Below, piece after piece: positions 55,076-64,000 of a stretch of 64,000 bases of DNA (its first letter is position 1; the number at the start of each line of letters is the position of its first letter). A program made the translations under genes and the position numbers. The notes beneath the pieces are model-generated. The model ran no database searches. It had not been told where the DNA came from and saw only the letters and a list, made by a program, of their open reading frames with translations. The DNA is from Verrucomicrobiota bacterium (lineage in GTDB: Bacteria; Verrucomicrobiota; Lentisphaeria; Lentisphaerales; Lentisphaeraceae), in assembly GCA_039798785.1 (NCBI GenBank), contig JBDKFG010000005.1:1-64000 (forward strand). The letters run 5' to 3'.

Positions 55076-55810
55076 TTATCGCGACAGGGGCAAGGCGTCG
55101 GAGCTCAGGCGAGGAGCATCGGGGCTCAGCGGCGACAGGTCGGGCGGCATGGGAGGCCTCATCGATTCATGCGACAGGCGGGGATCGGGCGCCCTGTATT
55201 CGAGGTCAGGCTGTTCGAAAATCCGTCCCAGGACGTCAACCCCGACCGGGGCGTTGTCGACGCAGACTAGAACCACCACCGCCACCAACATCACCACCGA
55301 GGCGATGATCTCGGTCAAGGAGGCCAGCTCAGGTTCACCGTCATGTTCGAAGGAACGCTGCAGAAAGGCGAAAACGAACTCGCCGAGAAGGACGGCGAAG
55401 ATCAGATACAGAATCGAGGATTCGAGGTAGGCGCTCCAGTTGCCGTTCCTGGTGGCCGTGGCGTCGTGCAAGGCGAGGAAGCCCATCACCAGGAAGCCTC
55501 CGACGGCGAATTTCCAAGTTGCGGCCCGGGCATGGGCGGCGGCGATCGCCATCTCTGGCTGTTTGACGTTCCGCACCGAAAACAGCTCCATCAACATCTC
55601 CGGCAGGACATGGAAGAGATTGCGACCGTGCAGCGCCAACATGCAGCCCAGAACGCCAATGAGCGTCACCTTGTAGGGCATGGTGTTGATCAGGAATGGA
55701 GCGCTCTCCACCGCATGGCTCAAAAGCCAGAAGAATCCGAGAATCAAGGCGATCACCCCTAGGACTCGGCAGATCGAGAAACGACGGGGCATTTCAGAAG
55801 AATTATCCAT
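55076..55810 (-). CDS. Hypothetical membrane protein
   Basis: Several TM helices and a Pro-rich tail. AAGGAG precedes the start. Confidence 0.7.
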   Translation of the reverse strand: MDNSSEMPRRFSICRVLGVIALILGFFWLLSHAVESAPFLINTMPYKVTLIGVLGCMLALHGRNLFHVLPEMLMELFSVRNVKQPEMAIAAAHARAATWKFAVGGFLVMGFLALHDATATRNGNWSAYLESSILYLIFAVLLGEFVFAFLQRSFEHDGEPELASLTEIIASVVMLVAVVVLVCVDNAPVGVDVLGRIFEQPDLEYRAPDPRLSHESMRPPMPPDLSPLSPDAPRLSSDALPLSR

Positions 55811-55910
55811 GAGCAAGCTCCTTAAGGCTTTTTATTCCCCCAATTATAGTGCCATTTTGCCATAGAGCCGCTTATCTTGCACAAAAATCACCTGCATTGG
55901 GCCTGAAAAA

Positions 55911-56987
55911 ATGGAAATCTCCTTTGTCTTCCCCTGCTTCCGCCGCCAAGACGCCGTCGACGAGACCTTGCGGCGCCTGGCCGAATGCACGCTGCCGTTC
56001 GAGGCCATCGCCATCGACAACTCGCCGGAACCGCTCGCCTTCCCTCCCCTCCCCTGGCTGCGCAGCTTCCGCAACCCGGTGAACACCGGCGCCGCCGCCC
56101 GCAACCTCGGCCTCGACCTGGCGCAAGCGCCGGTCACGGTGATGCTCGATGACGACTCCCATCCCCAAGCCGGCTCCATCGAGGCCTTGACGGGCTTCCT
56201 TGCCCAGGCTCCGCCCGAATGCGCCGGAGTCATCGGCCGGATCGAAAACCTCAGCGGTCCCGGCGAAGCTTCGCTCCTCCCCAGCGTCTTCCACGGCGCC
56301 GGCGCCGCCTTCCGCACCGAGACGATGCGGAGATTCCAGCTCCGCTACCCCGAATCCTTCCTCTTCTACGGCGAGGAATACCGCCTCAGCCTCGAGATCG
56401 CCCGCGCCGGCCTCTTCCTCCTGCCTTGCCCGGAATTCCGCCTCCTCCACCGCCGCGATCCGAATCAACGCAGTCTCGACAAGATCTTCTACAACCTCGG
56501 CCGCCACAACCGCGCCACCTGGGCCGGCATCGTGCCGGAAGAATACGAAGAGCTCTGCATCGCCGACTCGCTCGAGCGCTATCGCCTCACCGCGGCCAAG
56601 GAAGGCGTCCCCGCCGCGCTCGAACGGGGCCTCAAGGAAGCGGTCGAAGATCTGCCCGGTCCGCGGATGGCGCTTGCCGATTTCCGCCGCCTGATGCTTC
56701 TCGATCGCCTCGCCGCGACTCCGATTCCGGGTCAGTCCCTGATCCTCTGCGGCAGCGGCAAAGCGCCCAGCCTGTGGTGCCGTGAACTGGAGGAACGCGG
56801 CATCTCGGTGCAGCTCGCCGATCTCAACCCGGGCATCGCCGGCAAGGATTTCCGCGGCCGCCGCGTCCTCAGCCTCGATCAAGCCCAAGAAAGCGCCGCC
56901 CCCTGCCTCCTCGGCCTCGCCTCGCCCATCGAGGAAAATCGCTGGATCGATGCGATCGGAAGCCAGCGAATCATCCGGCTGGCCTGA
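55911..56987 (+). CDS. Glycosyltransferase family 2
   Basis: ISFVFPC, IDNS, NTGAAARNLG, LDDDS, FYGEE. Confidence 0.88.
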   Translation: MEISFVFPCFRRQDAVDETLRRLAECTLPFEAIAIDNSPEPLAFPPLPWLRSFRNPVNTGAAARNLGLDLAQAPVTVMLDDDSHPQAGSIEALTGFLAQAPPECAGVIGRIENLSGPGEASLLPSVFHGAGAAFRTETMRRFQLRYPESFLFYGEEYRLSLEIARAGLFLLPCPEFRLLHRRDPNQRSLDKIFYNLGRHNRATWAGIVPEEYEELCIADSLERYRLTAAKEGVPAALERGLKEAVEDLPGPRMALADFRRLMLLDRLAATPIPGQSLILCGSGKAPSLWCRELEERGISVQLADLNPGIAGKDFRGRRVLSLDQAQESAAPCLLGLASPIEENRWIDAIGSQRIIRLA

Positions 56988-57276
56988 GCCGCAAGAAGCG
57001 CTTCAGGCGTTCAACATTCCAGTTGAAAGCCCGACGACTCAGACGCCCGCCGTTGAAGCGATTCATGGCCGCAGCGGTGAAGAGGATTGAGCTGGGGAGA
57101 GAAACGACGCAAAAACCGCTAACAAATAGCCAGCTCTCACGACTCATATTGGAAAACTCTGTCGTCATCGTCATGATTGTGATCATATAGGTGCACCACA
57201 TGAACAATCCCAGGAACGCGCAGGCGAATCGAGTCACGGGGGAAATCGGCACTACAGGCTGAGAAAAGATTTTCAT
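56971..57276 (-). CDS. Small hypothetical membrane protein (lower GC)
   Basis: AGGAGG upstream and two hydrophobic helices. Confidence 0.5.
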   Translation of the reverse strand: MKIFSQPVVPISPVTRFACAFLGLFMWCTYMITIMTMTTEFSNMSRESWLFVSGFCVVSLPSSILFTAAAMNRFNGGRLSRRAFNWNVERLKRFLRLRPAG

Positions 57277-57351
57277 CCTCGTCCTCCTATGTCTTCAAAG
57301 CCATTATAGTTCGAAAAAATCCGCGATTCAAGACATCCAAGGAACTCCGCC

Positions 57352-59169
57352 ATGATCCGCTCCACCGCCGAAGCCTGCCGCCACCTCGAAGAACAGGGCC
57401 AGCTCCTCCGCATCAAGGAAGAAGTCGATCCGAACCTGGTCATGGCCCAGGTCGCCCTCCTCGCCCAGGCGGCGGGTGCCCCGGCCCTCCTCTTCGAAAA
57501 GGTCAAAGGTTCGCCCTTCAAAGCCGCCGCCAACCTCTTCGGCACCAGCAAACGCGCCCGGATCCTGCTCGACGGCTTCGACCGCACCGCCCGCCTCCTG
57601 GCACTGAAAAAGGATCCGCCGCAAGCCCTCAAGATGCCCTACGACTGCCTCCGGGCCGCCTGGCAGATCCTGCCGCAAAAAATCAGCGCCGAAAAGGCCC
57701 CGCTCCTGCACGGCCACACCACCCTGTCGAAACTCCCGGCCCCGAGAAGCTGGCCTCTCGATGGCGGCCCCTTCGTCACCCTGCCGCAGGTCTACACGGA
57801 AGATCCCGCCGCGCCGGGCTGGAAGAAGTCGAACCTCGGGATGTACCGGGTCCAGCTCGCCGGTAACGATTATGTGCCGGAACGCGAATGCGGCCTGCAC
57901 TACCAGATCCACCGCGGCATCGGCGTCCATCACGAAGCGCACCGCCGCCTCGGCAAGCCCTTCCGCGTCGCCATCTTCGTCGGCGGCCCCCCGGCGATGA
58001 GCTTCTCCGCCGTCATGCCCCTGCCCGAAGGCATGCCCGAAATCGCCTTCGCCGGGGTCCTCGGCAATGCCCGCATCCGCCTCAGCCGCTGGCGCGACTG
58101 GACCGTCTCCGCCGATGCCGACTTCTGCATCATCGGCACCATCGATCCCGATAAACTCAAGCCGGAAGGTCCCTTCGGCGACCACCTCGGCTATTACTCG
58201 CTCACCCACGACTTCCCGCTTCTGCAGGTCGAAGCGGTCTTCCACCGTCCCGACGCGATCTGGCCCTTCACCGTCGTCGGCCGTCCGCCTCAGGAGGACT
58301 CGGTCTTCGGCGAACTCATCCACGACCTCGCCGGGCCGATCCTTCCCACCGAGATTCCAGGCCTGGTCGAGGCCCACGCGGTCGATGCCGCCGGGGTTCA
58401 CCCGCTCCTCCTCGCCAAGGCACGCGAACGCTACACTCCCTACGCCGAAGTCGACCGTCCACAGGAGATCCTCACCGTCGCCCACGCCCTCCTCGGCAAG
58501 GGCCAGCTCTCCCTCGCCAAGGTGATCCTCATCGCCCGCGACCAGCAGGACTGCCCCTCGACCCAGGACGAAGGTGGCTTCCTCGATTTCGTCCTCAGCC
58601 GCGCCGATTTCCGCCGCGACCTTCACTTCACCACCCAGACCACTGCCGACACCCTCGATTATTCCTGCGGCGGCATCGTCAACCAAGGCTCGAAACTGGT
58701 CATCGCCGCCTGCGGCCCGGCCCGCCGGACTCCCGGCACGGAGATGCCCGGCCTGGTTCTGCCGATGGGCTTTCGCGACCCGGCCCTCGCCCGCCCCGGC
58801 ATCCTCTGCCTCAAGGCGCCGAAGTTCACCAGCACCGCCGCCGCCAGCGCCGAAGTGCGCGCCCTCGAGGCCTGCAACCCCTCGCTCGACCTGATGAAGT
58901 GGCCGCTCATCGTCCTCTGCGACGACCCCGCCTTCTGCGCCAAGAACCTGCACAACTTCCTGTGGACGGTGTTCACCCGCCTCGACCCGGCCCGCGACGT
59001 GCACGGCTTCGGCGAGGAGATCGTCGACAAGCATTGGGGCTGCGCCGGCCCCTTGGTCTTCGACGCCCGCCTCAAGCCCTGGAACGCCCCGGAGTTGGTC
59101 GCCGATCCGGCCAGCGTCGAGACGGCGCGGCAAATCCTGAAGCGCCATGGTGTGGTCTGTCATGACTGA
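57352..59169 (+). CDS. UbiD family (prFMN-dependent) decarboxylase
   Basis: PALLFEKV, WPLDGGPFVTLP, NLGMYR, EGPFGDHLGYY, GRPPQED. Confidence 0.92.
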   Translation: MIRSTAEACRHLEEQGQLLRIKEEVDPNLVMAQVALLAQAAGAPALLFEKVKGSPFKAAANLFGTSKRARILLDGFDRTARLLALKKDPPQALKMPYDCLRAAWQILPQKISAEKAPLLHGHTTLSKLPAPRSWPLDGGPFVTLPQVYTEDPAAPGWKKSNLGMYRVQLAGNDYVPERECGLHYQIHRGIGVHHEAHRRLGKPFRVAIFVGGPPAMSFSAVMPLPEGMPEIAFAGVLGNARIRLSRWRDWTVSADADFCIIGTIDPDKLKPEGPFGDHLGYYSLTHDFPLLQVEAVFHRPDAIWPFTVVGRPPQEDSVFGELIHDLAGPILPTEIPGLVEAHAVDAAGVHPLLLAKARERYTPYAEVDRPQEILTVAHALLGKGQLSLAKVILIARDQQDCPSTQDEGGFLDFVLSRADFRRDLHFTTQTTADTLDYSCGGIVNQGSKLVIAACGPARRTPGTEMPGLVLPMGFRDPALARPGILCLKAPKFTSTAAASAEVRALEACNPSLDLMKWPLIVLCDDPAFCAKNLHNFLWTVFTRLDPARDVHGFGEEIVDKHWGCAGPLVFDARLKPWNAPELVADPASVETARQILKRHGVVCHD

Positions 59170-59428
59170 GGCCTGGAGCGCTGCCGACGCGGCGGCCGAG
59201 CTGGCCCGTCTGGAGAAGAAGAAGCGCCGTAGCGCCAGCGACGAGAAATGCCTGAGTCTCTTGCGCGACGCCTTCGATCCGGAAGCCTGCGCCCGCCTGG
59301 CCCAGTGGTTCGCCGCCGCCGAACACGCACCGACCTGCTCCGGCAAAGGTGCCCCGGTGCGGGAAACGCATCTCGAACGGGTGCGTCAGCAATTGATCTC
59401 AGAAGCCCAGTCCCTTTCCCGCGGCTGA
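59162..59428 (+). CDS. Small hypothetical protein
   Basis: 88-aa ORF overlapping the ubiD-family stop, with host-like codon usage. Confidence 0.5.
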   Translation: MTEAWSAADAAAELARLEKKKRRSASDEKCLSLLRDAFDPEACARLAQWFAAAEHAPTCSGKGAPVRETHLERVRQQLISEAQSLSRG

Positions 59429-59540
59429 GCCTCACGCCCCCGGTCCCTCCGATTATGCCGCGGCTTTGGAATCCCAAATGACTTGCGCCGCCGAGGGACG
59501 CGGGTAGTTTCGCAGCGCAACCACCCCGGAGACTCTTGAA

Positions 59541-60134
59541 ATGAGCCAAGCCCCTGTCCGCATCGAACGGAAAACCCGCGAGACCCAGATCAGCCTCGAA
59601 CTCGCCCTCAACCAGCTCGGTGAATCGAAACTCGACACCAGCGTCCCCTTCCTCGACCACATGCTGTCGCACATCTGCAAACACGGCCGGATGAAGATGG
59701 ACCTGAAAGCCGTCGGCGATCTCGAGATCGACTACCACCACACCGTCGAAGACGTCGCCATCGTCCTCGGCAACGCCATCGACAAGGCCACCGCCGACAT
59801 GAGCGGCGTCGCCCGCTACGGCCACTTCACCCTGCCGATGGAGGAAGTGCTGGTCACCGTCGCCATCGACATCCGCAAGAGCCCGCACTTCGAATACCGC
59901 GTCCCCGCCATCTTCGACGGCCGCATGGGCACCTTCGATGTCGAGCTGATCAAGGAGTTCCTCCGCGCCTTCGCCATCTCCGGCCGCCTCAACCTCCACG
60001 TCTTCGTCCACTACGGCGAAAACCGCCACCACATCGCCGAAGCGATCTTCAAAGCCCTCGGCCGCGCCCTCGCCATGGCCTGCGCCCGCGACGCCAGCGG
60101 CGCCCTGCCTTCAACCAAAGGAGTCCTCGAATGA
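59541..60134 (+). CDS. hisB: Imidazoleglycerol-phosphate dehydratase
   Basis: RKTRETQI, FLDHML, DYHHTVED, NRHHIAEAIFKA, PSTKG. Confidence 0.97.
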   Translation: MSQAPVRIERKTRETQISLELALNQLGESKLDTSVPFLDHMLSHICKHGRMKMDLKAVGDLEIDYHHTVEDVAIVLGNAIDKATADMSGVARYGHFTLPMEEVLVTVAIDIRKSPHFEYRVPAIFDGRMGTFDVELIKEFLRAFAISGRLNLHVFVHYGENRHHIAEAIFKALGRALAMACARDASGALPSTKGVLE

Positions 60135-60679
60135 GCAACAAACTGATCGCCGGTGTCGGCTGCGTCGGCATCATCCTCGCCGGCCTCGTCGCACTCGCCA
60201 TCGCCGTCGGCCTCTGGGCGATGAGCGTCAACAACACCGAAGTCGGCCTCGCCGCCAAGCTCGATGGAGCGACCAAGGACATCGAAATCAAGATGGACAA
60301 GATGATCAAGACCTTGACCAATCAACACAAAGTCAGCGACGACTTCGCCAAGCGTTACATCGAGGCGGTCCAGTCGCAAGCCTCCGGCCGCAGCGGTGGC
60401 GGCCTGGTCAAGCTCAGCACCGAGGCCTCGGCCCTCGGCATGCCGCCGGAGATCTTCAGCCGCCTCAACGCCTCGATCGAAGGCCAGATGGCGGAATACG
60501 CCAAGAGCCAAAGCTTCGTCCAGGACATCTGGCGCGAACACACCACCCACTGCAGCAAGGCCCCCAACTTCCTCCTCCTCAAGAGCCGGGTCCGCAAACA
60601 GCCGGAAGTGATCTCGTCGGAAGGCGCGAAAGAAGCGGTCAAGTCCGGCAAGCTCGAAGACAACCTGCTGATGAAGTGA
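60131..60679 (+). CDS. Membrane-anchored helical protein, LemA-like
   Basis: N-terminal TM followed by NNTEVGL..., LNASIEGQMAEY..SQ...DIWREH....KAPNFL. ATGA overlap with hisB. Confidence 0.6.
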   Translation: MSNKLIAGVGCVGIILAGLVALAIAVGLWAMSVNNTEVGLAAKLDGATKDIEIKMDKMIKTLTNQHKVSDDFAKRYIEAVQSQASGRSGGGLVKLSTEASALGMPPEIFSRLNASIEGQMAEYAKSQSFVQDIWREHTTHCSKAPNFLLLKSRVRKQPEVISSEGAKEAVKSGKLEDNLLMK

Positions 60680-60689
60680 GTCCCGGATC

Positions 60690-61835
60690 GTGATTCCTTT
60701 CCTGCTGGTGATACTGCTGGCGCCTCTCCTGCTCACCCTCGGGATGGCGCTTTTCAGCAACTGGGGGCGCCGGGGCGGCGTCCTCAAGGCTGGGCTCTTC
60801 ATCGGCATCCTCGCCGTTCTCGCCGTCACCGTCTCGGCGATGTTCTATGCCATCGGCAGAATCAACGGCGGCGACACCTGCGAAATCCTCGACCACCGCA
60901 TCGTCAAGATGATCCACGAAGAACGATGGTCCACCCTCGAGACCCGCATCGTCCGCGAACGAATCGGCAAGGACTCGAACGGTCGAGCCAGATACCGCAA
61001 CCGCACCGAAACCTACGTCGCCCATCATGGCCCTTATTGGCATGCAGTCGACAGCAAGGGGGCACGTCACACCGCCGTCTCCTCCGATTGGGACAGATGG
61101 AAGAGCCCATGGGCTCCGGTGAAACGCGTCGGCACCCATGCCGGCATCAACAGCGGCGGCATCTTTGAAATCGCCTGGCCAGGCTCGGACGAGACGATTT
61201 TCTCCCTGAGCTCCTTCTCGACCTATGAAAACCGCATCCGCGGATCCGACTCGATCTTCAGCCGCAGCAAGCCCAGCAAAGAGCTGAAGGCCCGATTCCC
61301 CCGCCCCGCCGACCGCAAGGACAGCCGGCCGATCTTCGATCATGGGCATCCCTATTCCCAGGCCGATGAAAGCGCCATGCGCCGCGCCGCCGGCAAGCTG
61401 GCGCCGGAACACCGCCTCCACAGCATCGTGATGCTCTTCGATGCCAGCAAGGATTCCTCCGAGGTCGCCGATGAGGTGATGAAGGCCTGGGACGGTCCAA
61501 ACCTCAACGAACTGGTGATCTGCGTCGGCATCGACAAGCCCTCCGGCAAGGTGAGCTGGTGCGAAGTCCGAAGCTGGCTCGACAACCCTGAGCTCCACCC
61601 CCTGATCCGCGACGGCTTGCTAGACAAGCCCTGGTCCGGCGAAACCTTGGCGAAAATCCTCGTCGCCGAAGTGCCGATGCACTGGAAAAAGAAATCCTCC
61701 AAGGACTTCCAATACCTGTCGATCCCGGTCAATCCCGCCTGGTCGCTTTTCGCCCTCGCCCTGCTGATGGTCCTGTCCTTGCCGGTGGCTTTCTTCATCA
61801 ACAGCCTCGACCCCGGCGGAGCCAGAATCCGATAG
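60690..61835 (+). CDS. Membrane protein with a large soluble domain (WDGPNLNELVICVG block)
   Basis: Two N-terminal TMs and one C-terminal TM. Contains YENRIRGSDSIF. Confidence 0.7.
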   Translation: MIPFLLVILLAPLLLTLGMALFSNWGRRGGVLKAGLFIGILAVLAVTVSAMFYAIGRINGGDTCEILDHRIVKMIHEERWSTLETRIVRERIGKDSNGRARYRNRTETYVAHHGPYWHAVDSKGARHTAVSSDWDRWKSPWAPVKRVGTHAGINSGGIFEIAWPGSDETIFSLSSFSTYENRIRGSDSIFSRSKPSKELKARFPRPADRKDSRPIFDHGHPYSQADESAMRRAAGKLAPEHRLHSIVMLFDASKDSSEVADEVMKAWDGPNLNELVICVGIDKPSGKVSWCEVRSWLDNPELHPLIRDGLLDKPWSGETLAKILVAEVPMHWKKKSSKDFQYLSIPVNPAWSLFALALLMVLSLPVAFFINSLDPGGARIR

Positions 61836-61838
61836 AAA

Positions 61839-63946
<2,108 letters not shown>

Positions 63947-63950
63947 GGCT

Positions 63951-64000
63951 CAAGCCCAAAGGGCTTGCATCCTTCAGCCCAGGGTTGGCGCCTCGCCTAC
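63951..64000 (+). repeat. REP-like palindrome truncated by the window edge
   Basis: CAAGCCC-AAA-GGGCTTG hairpin followed by AGCCCAGGGTTGGCG...CCTAC. Confidence 0.4.

Noticed and set aside
57352..59169. Absence of an adjacent ubiX as an anomaly
   Set aside because: ubiX is frequently encoded elsewhere, which cannot be judged from one window.

Overview
GC-rich bacterial chromosome segment. A PVC-superphylum origin (Lentisphaerota/Verrucomicrobiota/Planctomycetota-like) is inferred only from a DUF1501-type remnant and the style of the intergenic repeats. The first 13.4 kb is an accessory locus: a ~3,357-aa extracellular repeat protein (sensor/propeller-like N-terminus, an internal RTX/T1SS-tail-like block, ~15 Ig-like ~92-aa repeats, C-terminal GHSQG alpha/beta-hydrolase) is translationally coupled to an AT-rich Sel1-repeat lipoprotein and preceded by a SUFU-like gene. 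This looks like an adhesin-borne polymorphic toxin/immunity system. The rest is mostly housekeeping and metabolic genes: proC, a sigma54 activator, a plsC-like gene, aroK, argH, the hppD-hmgA-FAH-maiA homogentisate pathway, hrpB, mlaD, a riboflavin synthase fusion, prmC, queF, gmk, a ubiD-family gene, hisB and thiC. These are punctuated by several families of short palindromic or tandem intergenic repeats. In the homogentisate operon, inverted repeat pairs precisely bracket small AT-rich foreign genes. No rRNA, tRNA, CRISPR array, integrase or transposase was recognised. Family assignments come from motifs read by eye, not from database searches.
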